Assembly: GCA_950097015.1 (NCBI GenBank)
Contig: CATNEN010000001.1
Span: forward strand, 6,634,001-6,698,000
Reading direction: 5' to 3'
DNA from: Macrostomum hystrix
Taxonomy: Eukaryota; Animalia; Platyhelminthes
DNA length: 64,000 bases
Numbering within the stretch: the stretch's first letter is position 1; every line of letters starts with the position of its first letter. Both the position numbers and the translations under genes were made by a program. Positions 11,321-23,874 of this stretch are shown here, one piece after another. The notes below the pieces were generated by a model. It was not told the DNA's origin and searched no databases. It was given only the letters and a program-made list of their open reading frames with translations.

Positions 11321-11754
11321 GATCTTAAATTCTTCCTAAAACGGTTCTAAGATTGTTTTTTTTAATGTCAGTTTTCAGCATAACTAGGTTGCGCATGCTT
11401 GAAGCTTAGGTTGACCGAGAAACAGCATTCCAACTCTTTCGCAAACTCTAAGAGTCATGCTCGCTTACTCAATATTTCACTAGCTATTCCTGTCCGTTCG
11501 ACTACTGTTTCGTTTACAGAACCGCCACATAATCTTCGCCAGTGAGTTGCATACAGATGTCTCGAAAGCATGGCTCCGGTGAAAATTGTCTTCTTTAATT
11601 TTTGTGTACTCTAAACTGTCACTCATCGAATATATTGACAACTAGATTGAACAGAAGACAACTTTTAGAATGAGGAAAAGAATTTGATTTGTGAAATCTG
11701 ACAATAGTGACCTTGTTTTCAAAGATATACTAGTAGGTAAAGTTTTTCCTTCAA

Positions 11755-12400
11755 CGATTCTTGCTACGATTCCATAAATGGCTCCTGGAACGATTCTATC
11801 TAAGGTTCGTCGTGCGATTCCATCAAATGCTCTTGGTGCGATTCCATTTAAGGTTCTTAGTACGATTCCATCTAAGGTTCTTGCTACGATTTCATCTAAG
11901 GTTCTTGCTACGATTCCATCTAAGGTTCTTGCTACGATTCCATCTAAGGTTCTTGCTACGATTCCATCTAAGGTTCTTGCTACGATTCCATCTAAGGTTC
12001 TTGCTACGATTCCATCTAAGGTTCTTGCTACGATTCCATCTAAGGTTCTTGCTACGATTCCATCTAAGGTTCTTGCTACGATTCCATCTAAGGTTCTTGC
12101 TACGATTCCATCTAAGGTTCTTGCTACGATTCCATCTAAGGTTCTTGCTACGATTCCATCTAAGGTTCTTGCTACGATTCCATCTAGGGTTCTTGGTACG
12201 ATTCAATCTAAGGTTCTTGCTACGATTCCATCTAAGGTTCTTGCTACGATTCCATCTAAGGTTCTTGCTACGATTCCATGTAAGGTTCTTGGTACGATTC
12301 CATCTAAGGTTCTTGCTACGATTCCATCTAAGGTTCTTGTTACTCAAGCTGCGATTCCATTTATGGTACTTGGTGCGATTCCATCTACGGAATTTACAAT
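11755..12400. repeat. 24-bp minisatellite (TACGATTCCATCTAAGGTTCTTGC)
   Basis: Direct inspection; explains the ORFs at 11761-12422. Confidence 0.97.
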
Positions 12401-12695
12401 TCCATGCTTAGTACTACAATAAGAGAGTCTAGCAATTGACTATTTGAGATCAAACCTGCAATCGACAACAATATAAGGAACTTTATTGTTGCCTTTACAG
12501 CATTGAGAAAAGCAGATAGCAAGGAGACGAGAGAGAAGAAGATACGTGCTATATTGACTGGTTGAATTGTTGTAAAAGCAGACACACCAATACTAGTAGC
12601 AGGCATTTAAAGTTCCTAAGAGACTAATCATATTACTAGCTTAGTATCGGTGAAGCATCATGTTTATTTATATCAGCTACAATCATTTTAGTGTC

Positions 12696-12785
12696 TCATT
12701 GACGAGATAGGCGAGCCACGACGCGAGCCAGGGCTCGATTCTCAGCCTTGAGCTTCTCGTTCTCGCGCATGACCTGCTCAAGTGA
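12696..12785 (-). CDS. PPP1R12A: MYPT1-like gene, terminal leucine-zipper exon (LZ-a)
   Basis: caacag|SLEQVMRENEKLKAENRALARVVARLSRQ*, phase 0, 90 nt. Confidence 0.85.
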   Translation of the reverse strand, partial: SLEQVMRENEKLKAENRALARVVARLSRQ

Positions 12786-12934
12786 CTGTTGCGGAGGCGG
12801 TTACATAGTCACATAATAAGGCTGTCACTAATTAGTCTGTACTGATCTATGTCATACGAAATCTGTCATACAAATACGTACAGTATTGAAACTCGACATT
12901 TGTAAGAAAAAATATGTTTTTACAGAGAGCGAAA

Positions 12935-15775
12935 AACTGATTTACAGAAGACAGTTGAAAACAGACTTACAGAAGACACTTGAAAACAGACTTACAGAAG
13001 ACAGTTGAAAACAGACTTACAGAAGACACTTGAAAACAGAAGACAGAAGGCAGTTGAAAACAGACTTACAGAAGACAGCTGAAAACATACTTACAGAAGA
13101 CAGTAGAAAACAGACTTACAGAAGACAGTTGAAAACAGATTTACAGAAGACAGTAGAAAACTGATTTACAGAAGACAGTTGAAAACAGATTTACAGAAGA
13201 CAGTAGAAAACAGACTTACAGAAGACAGTAGAAAACAGACTTACAGAAGACAGTTGAAAACAGACTTACAAAAGACAGTTGAAAACAGACTTACAGACTT
13301 ACAGACAACTAATAAACAGACTTACAGAAGACAGTAGAAAACAGATTTAAAGAAGACAGTAGAAAACAGACTTACAGAAGACAGTAGAAAACAGACTTAC
13401 AGAAGACAGTTGAAAATAGACTTACAGAAGACAGTTGAAAACAGACTTACAGACTTACAGAAAACCAATAAACAGACTTACAGAAGACAGTAGAAAACAG
13501 ACTTACAGAAGACAGTTAAAAACAGACTTACAGAAGACAGTTGAAAACAGACTTATAGAAGACATTTAAAAACAGAAGACAGAAGACAGTTAAAAACAGA
13601 CTTACAGAAGACAGTTGAAAACAGAAGACAGAAGACAGTTAAAAACAGAAGACAGAAGACAGTTGAAAACAGACTTACAGAAGACAGTTGAAAACAGACT
13701 TACAGACTTACAGAAAACGAATAAACAGACTTACAGAAGACAGTAGAAAACAGACTTACAGAAGACAGTTAAAAACAGACTTACAGAAGACAGTTGAAAA
13801 CAGACTTACAGAAGACAGTTAAAAACAGAAGACAGAAGACAGTTAAAAACAGACTTACAGAAGACAGTTGAAAACAGAAGACAGAAGACAGTTAAAAACA
13901 GAAGACAGAAGACAGTTGAAAACAGACTTACAGAAGACAGTTGAAAACAGACTTACAGACTTACAGAAAACGAATAAACAGACTTACAGAAGACAGTAGA
14001 AAACAGACTTACAGAAGACAGTTAAAAACAGACTTACAGAAGACAGTTAAAAACAGACTTACAGAAGACAGTTGAAAACAAACTTACAGAAGACATTTAA
14101 AAACAGAAGACAGAAGACAGTTGAAAACAGACTTACAGAAGACAGTTGAAAACAGAAGACAGAAGACAGTTAAAAACAGAAGACAGAAGACAGTTGAAAA
14201 CAGACTTACAGAAGACAGTTGAAAACAGACTTACAGACTTACAGAAAACCAATAAACAGACTTACAGAAGACAGTAGAAAACAGACTTACAGAAGACAGT
14301 TAAAAACAGACTTACAGAAGACAGTTGAAAACAGACTTACAGAAGACAGTTAAAAACAGAAGACAGAAGACAGTTGAAAACAGACTTACAGAAGACAGTT
14401 GAAAACAGACTTACAGACTTACAGAAAACCAATAAACAGACTTACAGAAGGCAGTAGAAAACAGACTTACAGAAGACAGTTAAAAACAGACTTACAGAAG
14501 ACAGTTGAAAACAGACTTACAGAAGACAGTTAAAAACAGAAGACAGAAGACAGTTGAAAACAGACTTACAGACTTACAGACAACCAATAAACAGACTTAC
14601 AGAAGACAGTTAAAAACAGACTTACAGAAGACAGTTGAAAACAGACTTACAGAAGACACTTGAAAACAGACTTACAGAAGACAGTAGAAAACAAACTTAT
14701 AGAAGAAGACAGTAGAAAAACAGACTTACAGAAGACAGTTGAAAACAGACTTACAGAAAACCAATAAACAGACTTACAGAAGACAGTTGAAAACTGACTT
14801 ACAGAAGACAGTTAAAAACAGACTTACAGAAGACAGTTGAAAACAGACTTACAGACTTACAGAAAACCAATAAACAGACTTACAGAAGACAGTAGAAAAC
14901 AGACTTACAGAAGACAGTTGAAAACAGACTTACAGACTTACAGAAAACCAATAAACAGACTTACAGAAGACAGTTGAAAACTGACTTACAGAAGACAGTT
15001 AAAAACAGACTTACAGAAGACAGTTGAAAACAGACTTACAGACTTACAGAAAACCAATAAACAGACTTATAGAAGACAGTTGAAAACAGACTTACAGAAG
15101 ACAGTTGAAAACAGACTTACAGACTTACAGAAAACCAATAAACAGACTTACAGAAGACAGTTGAAAACAGACTTACAGAAGACAGTTAAAAACAGACTTA
15201 CAGAAGACAGTTGAAAACAGACTTACAGAAGACACTTGAAAACAGACTTACAGAAGACAGTAGAAAACAAACTTATAGAAGAAGACAGTAGAAAAACAGA
15301 CTTACAGAAGACAGTTGAAAACAGACTTACAGAAAACCAATAAACAGACTTACAGAAGACAGTTGAAAACTGACTTACAGAAGACAGTTAAAAACAGACT
15401 TACAGAAGACAGTTGAAAACAGACTTACAGACTTACAGAAAACCAATAAACAGACTTACAGAAGACAGTAGAAAACAGACTTACAGAAGACAGTTGAAAA
15501 CAGACTTACAGACTTACAGAAAACCAATAAACAGACTTACAGAAGACAGTTGAAAACTGACTTACAGAAGACAGTTAAAAACAGACTTACAGAAGACAGT
15601 TGAAAACAGACTTACAGACTTACAGAAAACCAATAAACAGACTTATAGAAGACAGTTAAAAACAGACTTACAGAAGACAGTTGAAAACAGACTTACAGAC
15701 TTACAGAAAACCAATAAACAGACTTACATAAGACAGTAGAAAACAGACTTACAGAAGACAGTAGAAAACAAACTG
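12935..15775. repeat. ~25-bp minisatellite (ACAGACTTACAGAAGACAGTTGAAA) with higher-order blocks
   Basis: Direct inspection. Confidence 0.97.
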
Positions 15776-15872
15776 ACTAAAAGCACACTAAAAGCACACA
15801 CACAAAAGAAGACAATCAAAATAGAAAGTCACAGACCGACTGCCAGACAGTCTGAGAACATTGCTCACTCAC

Positions 15873-16184
15873 CCGATTCTGAGCCTCGTATTCCGAAAGC
15901 CGCTTATCAATCTGTCTCTGCTCGCTAGACTGACGCTTCAACTGTTCGTTCTCTTCGCGCAGTCGACTGTTCTCAGCGTTCAGTCGCTCGTTGGCGGCCT
16001 TCTCTTTCTCGTAGAGTCGCTTGTAGTCTAGATCGCCGGAGAATGACCCGGCCTGAGTTTGAGCAGCAGCCGCAGCCGCAGAGCCGTGATAGGAGCCTGG
16101 CCGGGATCTGGACAGACCGCTGCTGACGAAGCCGGAGGTGCCGGTGTCAGATACGGCCTGACTGCTGCCTCGGCCGGAGTCGTA
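15873..16184 (-). CDS. PPP1R12A: MYPT1-like gene, coiled-coil exon
   Basis: accag|YDSGRG...DLDYKRLYEKEKAANERLNAENSRLREENEQLKRQ...EAQNR|gtgagt; 312 nt, phase 0-0. DYKRLYE corresponds to DFKKLYE in MYPT1. Confidence 0.88.
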
Positions 16185-16224
16185 CTGGTTTTTTCAATGT
16201 TGTTTTGGGATTTGAGTTCAGATT

Positions 16225-17045
16225 ACTAACGTGCGTTACAGTGGTGTCTAACATGTAACAGTGGTGTCTAGCATGTAACAGTGATGTCTAACACGTGTTA
16301 CAGTGATGTCGAACACGTGTTACAGTGGTGTCTAACATGTAACAGTGGTGTCTAGCATGTAACAGTGATGTCTAACACGTATTACAGTGATGTCGAACAC
16401 GTGTTACAGTGATGTCGAACACGTGTTACAGTGATGTCTAACACGTGTTACAGTGATATCGAACACGTGTTACAGTGATATCGAACACGTGTTACAGTGA
16501 TGTCGAACACGTGTTACAGTGATGTCTAACACGTGTTACAGTGGTGTCTAACATTTAATAGTGATGTCTAACACGTGTTACAGTGACGTCGAACACGTGT
16601 TACAGTGATGTCGAACACGTGTTACAGTGATGTCGAACACGTGTTACAGTGGTGTCTAACATGCGTTACAGTGGTGTCTAACATGTAATAGTGATGTCTA
16701 ACACGTGTTACAGTGATGTCGAACACGTGTTACAGTGATGTCGAACACGTGTTACAGTGATGTCGAACACGTGTTACAGTGATGTCTAACACGTGTTACA
16801 GTGGTGTCTAACATGTAATAGTGATGTCTAACACGTGTTACAGTGATGTCTAACGTGTGTTACAGTGGTGTCTAACATACGTTACAGTGGTGTCTAACGT
16901 GTGTTACAGTGGTGTCTAACGTGTGTTACAGTGGTGTCTAACATACGTTACAGTGGTGTCTAACGTGTGTTACACTGGGTGTCATAGTGGTGTCTAACGT
17001 GTGTTACACTGGTGTTACAGTGGTGTCTAACGTGTGTTACACAGG
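16225..17045. repeat. ~22-bp minisatellite with a TAACACGTGTTA palindrome
   Basis: Direct inspection. Confidence 0.95.
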
Positions 17046-17606
17046 ATGCCTAACTCATCCCAGTTGTGTGTAACACATGTTAAATTTGTGAAAAACTAAT
17101 GTTCAAGGGACTTTTGATGCATGCATTCACTGCAAAGCTACTTTAAGTAGACAGTAATCTAAAAGATTCGTAGATAAGTGCAAATGGTCAAGTGTTTTAT
17201 CTACAAAAGCAATTTTTCCGTTCAAAAAGGAAAGCAAGAAGTTGAACCGCACTTCAACTGGCTATCCGTAAATAAACTTTCAGTTTTTTTTCATTAAAAT
17301 GGTTCTTATCTAAATCAATAAAAGCCTTTCCAAACAGTTATGCTAGAGTGTTTATAAAGTGAAGTGCCACCCACTTAGACGTGAAGTCCAAAAATAGCAA
17401 ATAGCTAACTTTTTCTACGGAAATTTTTTTAGTAGATAGAGATAAATTGAAGCGACACAGGAAACTGTTTTAGAGATAGTTAAGTATTATGTCTAGGCCA
17501 ATTGAATTTATTACGAGTAGAGTAGGCGTAGGTAAGTTAAGTTAAATTAAGAAATTACGTTTTAAGCTCGCTTATTGAAGGCGGGGGATAATGTTCAACG
17601 ACACGA

Positions 17607-18200
17607 CACTCTTTCTCCCTCTCTATTGTCACTCTTTCTTATCCTCTATTGTTACTCTTTCTCCCTCTCTACTGTCACTCTTTCTTATCCTCTATTGTTA
17701 CTCTTTCTTATCCTCTATTGTTACTCTTTCTCCATCTCTATTGTCACTCTTTCTCCCTCTCTATTGTCACTCTTTCTCCCTCTCTACTGTCACTCTTTCT
17801 TATCCTCTATTGTTACTCTTTCTCCCTCTCTATTGTCACTCTTTCTCCCTCTCTATTGTCACTCTTTCTCCCTCTCTATTGTCACTCTTTCTCCCTCTCT
17901 ATTGTCACTCTTTCTTATCCTCTATTGTTACTCTTTCTCCATCTCTATTGTCACTCTTTCTCCCTCTCTATTGTCACTCTTTCTTATCCTCTATTGTTAC
18001 TCTTTCTCCATCTCTATTGTCACTCTTTCTCCCGCTCTATTGTCACTCTCTCGCCTCTCTATTGTCACTCTCTCGCCTCTCTATTGTCACTCTCTCGCCT
18101 CTCTATTATCACTCTCTCTCCTCTCTATTGTCCCTCTCTCCTCTCTATTGTCACTCTCTTTCCCCCTCTACTGTCACTCTTTCTTCCTCCCCTCTATCGT
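17607..18200. repeat. ~23-bp pyrimidine-rich minisatellite (CTCTATTGTCACTCTTTCTCCCT)
   Basis: Direct inspection. Confidence 0.95.
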
Positions 18201-18323
18201 TACACTTACGCTGACTCTTTCGCCAGTCTTTTCTCCCACTATGTCATGCTCAATGATTTCGATTATTTCCTTTAGAGTGGGAATCGAACTCTCGACCTGT
18301 CTCGGCAAGATCCAATAACACCA

Positions 18324-18729
18324 TTATCGCAGCGTCTGCAGACAAAAACTCACAGAGTCCACAGACTCGGAGGACTTATTGAAATAGCGCGAATGCTTCC
18401 TAGTTGACTGCGGGGTGAAATAGGACTGCTGCTGCTGCTGCTGCTGACTAGCTAAACCGCTTCCTGCTGAATTCGAATGACGAAACGAACCGCGACGCGA
18501 GGCAGGCGCGCTGCCCCCGAAACTGCTGCTTCCGCTGAGAGAAGAGGCGCCGGCGGAAGAGGAGGAGATGCTCAACAGGGCACCAAGAGGTCCGCCGTAA
18601 CAGACATTGCTGCTAGCGCTGCTAACAGATCTAGGAGATGATGCTGCTCTGAATAGAGGCATTGTTTTTCGACTCTTCTTTGGCTTCTTTTGCTGCGAAA
18701 GTGACAGTTTCTTTCGACAGAATTTCAAC
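18324..18729 (-). CDS. Possible alternative terminal exon of the MYPT1-like gene (Ser-rich, polyQ)
   Basis: GC-rich 134-codon ORF with RRGSF and (CAG)n inside an otherwise AT-rich or repetitive intron; splice partner uncertain. Confidence 0.35.
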
Positions 18730-19239
18730 CTTCGTCAAGGCCTGACTGAAGCGACGAATGTAAAGAAAGAATATGCAGGAAACTAACAGCCCCGTTGCCG
18801 GCAAATTTCTTTCCCAAAAAATCCCAGTTAAAGGGTCAGGAAAATGGACAGGAAAGCAGAAGATAAGGAGTGTACACTGCACCTAGCTTTCTGGGGGATC
18901 GAAGCTGGGTTGGAGCGAATGATGTACATTTCAAAGTTCAATATTCATACCCCAAGCCAACATTCAGAAGCTAAAAACTGGTTTCGGTGCAGCAAGGACC
19001 AATACAACCTAGCCCATGTGTGTTTGTGTGCATGAGTGTGTTACTTCCATCACAGAACACTGAATACATATAATATACGAGCTATAAATATAGTTTTATA
19101 AAACTAGATAACCTAATCTTAACCGAAATGCATTTTATTACATCGAGAATATAACACTACCCTTTCAAAGTCACAGTTAAGTAATACAATTCCCATATCC
19201 CCTTTAATCGCCTCTCTTCCAAAATCTCACCCTACATAT

Positions 19240-19805
19240 TTTCTTCTTTAATCTCACTCTAAATATTATCCACTTCTAATCTCACCCTAAATCTCTTCCA
19301 CTTCTAATCTCACCCTAAATCTCTTCCACTTCTAATCTCACCCTAAATATCTTCCACTTCTAATCTCACCCTAAATCTCTTCCACTTCTAATCTCACCCT
19401 AAATCTCTTCCACTTCTAATCTCACCCTAAATCGATTCCACTTCTAATCTCACCCTAAATCTCTTCCACTTCTAATCTCACCCTAAATCTCTTCCACTTA
19501 TAATCTCACCCTAAATCTCTTCCACTTCTAATCTCACCCTAAATCGATTCCACTTCTAATCTCACCCTAAATATCTTCCACTTCTAATCTCACCCTAAAT
19601 CTCATCCATTTCTGATCCCACCCTAATTCTCTTCCACTTCTAATCTCACCCTAAATCTCTTCCACTTCTAATCTCACTCTAGATCTCTTTCACTTCTAAT
19701 CTCACCCTGAATGCCGTCCACTTCTAATCTCACCCTAAATATCTTCCACTTCTAATCTCACCCTAGATCTCTTCCACTTCTTATCTCATCCTAATTATAT
19801 TCCAC
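19240..19805. repeat. 28-bp minisatellite (CCACTTCTAATCTCACCCTAAATCTCTT)
   Basis: Direct inspection. Confidence 0.95.
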
Positions 19806-19881
19806 TCACCCAAAATCTCTCACAGTACTTCTTTCTCCCTCCTCGACAGTGAATTCAGAAAGCTGCAAACTGAGAACTAAC

Positions 19882-20147
19882 CTCCCCAGATGACGCCGAA
19901 GACCCCATGGTAGCCTGGCGACGACTGAATCGGCTACTGAATCGGCCAGCGGCGGTTGGACTAGCAACAGATGTTCTGGCATTGTCATCTGTCGCCGCCG
20001 CAGCAGCACTATTGACAGCCGAGTCGTTCACAGCTGACGAAGCGTTGGATGTCGACGAGGCATCTTCGAGCACAGTTTGCAATGGCTGTCTGGACGATCG
20101 ATCGGTAACGGCCGATTCTGTGCCGACATTGTTGACATCCTCTGGCG
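19882..20147 (-). CDS. PPP1R12A: MYPT1-like gene exon with the second inhibitory-site-like motif
   Basis: cttcag|(A)PEDVNN...RFSRRQATMGSSASSGE|gttagt, phase 1-0. Confidence 0.75.
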
Positions 20148-20277
20148 CTGAAGTGTTTATGAAAGACAAAAAATCTTGTATTAAAGGTCATGAGATCGAA
20201 TCTGCACTTTAAACGCTTTGATACTGTTGGACCATTTACGCATTTAGCGGCCAACAGTTGAGATAGTCAGAGAAACA

Positions 20278-21222
20278 TTTGAGTCCGTAGAGAAGATTTT
20301 GAGTCGGTAGAGAAGATTTTGAGCCGTTATAGAAGATTTTGAGTCGGTAGAGAAGATTTTGAGCCGTTATAGAAGATTGTGAGTCGGTAGAGAAGATTGT
20401 GAGTCGGTAGAGAAGATTTTGAGCCGTTATAGAAGATTTTGAGTCGGTAGAGAAGATTTTGAGTCGGTAGAGAAGATTTTTGAGCCGTTATAGAAGATTT
20501 TGAGTCGGTAGAGAAGATTTTGAGCCGTTATAGAAGATTGTGAGTCGGTAGAGAAGATTGTGAGTCGGTAGAGAAGATTTTGAGCCGTTATAGAAGATTT
20601 TGAGTCGGTAGAGAAGATTTTGAGTCGGTAGAGAAGATTTTTGAGCCGTTATAGAAGATTTTGAGTCGGTAGAGAAGATTTTGAGCCGTTATAGAAGATT
20701 GTGAGTCGGTAGAGAAGATTGTGAGTCGGTAGAGAAGATTTTGAGCCGTTATAGAAGATTTTGAGTCGGTAGAGAAGATTTTGAGTCGGTAGAGAAGATT
20801 TTGAGCCGTTATAGAAGATTGTGAGTCGGTAGAGAAGATTTTGAGTCGGTAGAGAAGATTTTGAGTCGGTAGAGAAGATTTTGAGCCGTTATAGAAGATT
20901 CTGAGTCGGTAGAGAAGATTTTGAGTCGGTAGAGAAGATTTTTGAGCCGTTATAGAAGATTTTGAGTCGGTAGAGAAGATTTTGAGTCGGTAGAGAAGAT
21001 TTTGAGTCGGTAGAGAAGATTTTGAGTCGGTAGAGAAGATTTTGAGCCGTTATAGAAGATTTTGAGTCGGTAGAGAAGATTTTGAGCCGTTATAGAAGAT
21101 TTTGAGTCGGTAGAGAAGATTTTGAGCCGTTATAGAAGATTTTGAGTCGGTAGAGAAGATTTTGAGCCGTTATAGAAGATTTTGAGTCGGTAGAGAAAAT
21201 TTTGAGCAGGTAGAGAAGATTT
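20278..21222. repeat. 20-bp minisatellite (GAGTCGGTAGAGAAGATTTT / GAGCCGTTATAGAAGATTTT)
   Basis: Direct inspection. Confidence 0.97.
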
Positions 21223-21294
21223 TAAATTGTTAAATAATACTTTAAATACTTTAAGACGGTAAGGAAGTATTCAAGTCGCTGAACTCCTACTAAC

Positions 21295-21340
21295 CTTTTT
21301 GTTGTTCAGTCACTGTCGCAGCAGAATCAGCAACATCAGT

Positions 21341-21392
<52 letters not shown>

Positions 21393-21745
21393 CTCTGACG
21401 CTCTTCAACAAGCTTTTTTGCCTGCTCAACCACATCCTGAGCCACACCCTGGGTAGCTCGTTTCGTAGCTCGATTTCGTCTCGAAATTCTGCGCCTCTCT
21501 GTCTCAGACTCTTCAACTTTCTCCTTCTCCATAATGGCCGACACACGACGATCCGATAGGCGCTGCTGCGGCATCTGCGCGGTATCATTGCTGCCAGGCT
21601 GTTCTGTTGAATCATTCTCTGTCGCATTGTTAGTTGGCGGTACAGCGAGGGAATCGCGTAATTCTGACTCCGACGGTTGAGATGGCACGGCCGGTTGCTG
21701 GGGCTGCAAAGGAGCCTTACCAGCTGGCGTGGAGAGTGAGTCGCT
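21295..21745 (-). CDS. PPP1R12A: MYPT1-like gene exon with the Thr696-equivalent inhibitory motif
   Basis: ttgtag|SDSLST...EESETERRRISRRNRATKRATQGVAQDVVEQAKK...QQK|gttagt, compared with human EESESQRKARSRQARQSRRSTQGV; phase 0-1. Confidence 0.88.
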
Positions 21746-21924
21746 CTACAATTGTTGGTTTATGAACCATTATTCATTTTTTAAAAGGGCACTTTGAACT
21801 GTACAAATAATGCAACACGAATGTAAATTAAAAGACTCATTCGACAAGCATAATTTATTAGCCTAATATTGTTAGAAAAATTAGCACAGCAATCCGTTTC
21901 TATAGTTGAATTAGAAATACCACT

Positions 21925-22110
21925 CAATCCTGAGAGGGTCAGTCTTACAACTTGAAGGTCGGGGGTTCGATTCCAAACTCCACACTGGAACAATTTTTGT
22001 TTCTTTGGCAAGACACTTGAAATCTGCATCACCAGAATTTAGACGGGATAATTGAGGGTGAGTGTGGCGTCCCCAGTCCATGGACTGAACAGGCCGGCTG
22101 TGCGCGATGA
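21925..22110 (+). mobile_element. Degenerate, internally deleted family-1 SINE
   Basis: B box GGTTCGATTCC, GGCAAGACACTT, GTGGCGTCCCCAGTCCATGGACTGAACAG. Confidence 0.8.
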
Positions 22111-22205
22111 GAAGTACAATTAACAGTAGGAAGACCAATTGCGTGAATATTTTGTTAACAATAGCTTTAAATAAGTTTCATTGGCAACTATCAGTTATCT
22201 CCAAC

Positions 22206-22448
22206 CTTGCCAATCGAGTAGTGCCTTCGAACGGTCACTAGACTATTATTCTTAGCCAAGAAACTGCTGCTACTGCTGTCACTGAAACTGCCGACAAAGG
22301 ATGCAGCTCGCCCAGATACCGACGGTCCAGGAGCTTGGCCGCCGATGTTGAAATTTCTACGCCGAATTTGAATACCGCAGCCAGATTGGAAACAGTTGCT
22401 GCTGCTGCTGCTGCTCTCCTGAAGACTTTCCATGCGTCTTAGCAGGGT
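22206..22448 (-). CDS. Candidate cassette exon of the MYPT1-like gene
   Basis: acccag|TLLRRMESLQESSSS...RRHYSIGK|gttgga; 243 nt, phase 0-0; weak donor. Confidence 0.45.
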
Positions 22449-22659
22449 CTGGGTAACGATTTGGATTTGATTAATGACACTTCAAACAGACAATAGCAAA
22501 GTGCTGAGCAGGGACAGAAAAACTCATGCTAAATACCATGCGAAATTTGATTGAATTATGAAATATTATATGTACAGTAACTTACTTTAGATGATCAATC
22601 AACTAATCGAGTATTGGACAGACACTTTTTTATCATAACATTGGGTTGATACACTAATC

Positions 22660-23292
22660 TATAACTAGATTGGGTCGATACCCTCACTGATAACTAGCTT
22701 GGGTCGATACCCTCACTGATAACTAGCTTGGGTCGATACCCTCACTGATAACTAGCTTGGGTCGATACCCTCACTGATAACTAGCTTGGGTCGATACCCT
22801 CACTGATAACTAGCTTGGGTCGATACCCTCACTGATAACTAGCTTGGGTCGTTATCCTCACTGACAACTATCTTGGGTCGATACCCTCACTGACAACTAT
22901 CTTGGGTCGATACCCTCACCTAGAACTAGATTGGGTCGATACCCTCACTGATACACAGATTGGGTCGATATCCTCACTGATACACAGATTGGGTCGATAC
23001 CCTCTCTGATACACAGATTGGGTCGATACCCTCACTGATACACAGATTGGGTCGATACCCTCACTGATACACAGATTGGGTCGATACCCTCTCTGATACA
23101 CAGATTGGGTCGATACCCTCACTGATACACAGATTGGGTCGATACCCTCACTGATACACAGATTGGGTCGATACCCTCACTGATACACAGATTGGGTCGA
23201 TACTCTCACTGATAACTAGCTTGGGTCGATACCCTCACCTAGAACTATCTTGGGTCGATACTCTCACTGACAGTTATCTTGGGTCGATACCA
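22660..23292. repeat. 26/27-bp minisatellite (TTGGGTCGATACCCTCACTGATA...)
   Basis: Direct inspection. Confidence 0.95.
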
Positions 23293-23727
23293 ATAACTAG
23301 GTAGGGATTCTATAACGATTGCGATAGGCTAAAGTAAGCAAATATAAATTTATTTTTTATTGACCACTGAGAAGTCAAGATTATTATTATCCAATAGCAG
23401 TAAATCTAGTAACACAACTATACAGCTAAATTTGTAATGAATTCTACAAGCCTAAATACTATATTTTAACATACTATTAGTATTCAAAATGCAACATTTA
23501 ACAGCAAAGCGCATTCTTACATACTACTTAGTATGCAAGTAGTAAGTACATTAAAAATGTGTACTTTCTATCTAAGCAAACTAATAGTTTATTAAAAAGC
23601 ATTCATTTGTTTGCTAGCTACTATGCATAAAATCGAATAGGTCTTCAAATCTAGACGTAGCGACTTTGCCGTCTTAGCGAATGCTGTCAAAATGCTAGCC
23701 TAGTCTTTGTAGATTGTAAACACTTAC

Positions 23728-23766
23728 GTCTTCTGATTCGGGAACTGAAATTTCTGGCACTGATTC
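23728..23766 (-). CDS. PPP1R12A: MYPT1-like gene, 39-nt micro-exon
   Basis: ctatag|ESVPEISVPESED|gtaagt, phase 0-0. Confidence 0.7.
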
Positions 23767-23874
23767 CTATAGTAAAAAAGAGTTATAAAACAATTACTTG
23801 TAGTTTAAGACAAACATGACTTCGTAAGCATTTGCAAAACTACTGAAGATTTCGGTAAGAGAGAGAATCGATAG

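Noticed and set aside
11450-11612. Third terminal exon of the MYPT gene
   Set aside because: Short open frame after an AG with no zipper similarity or other support.
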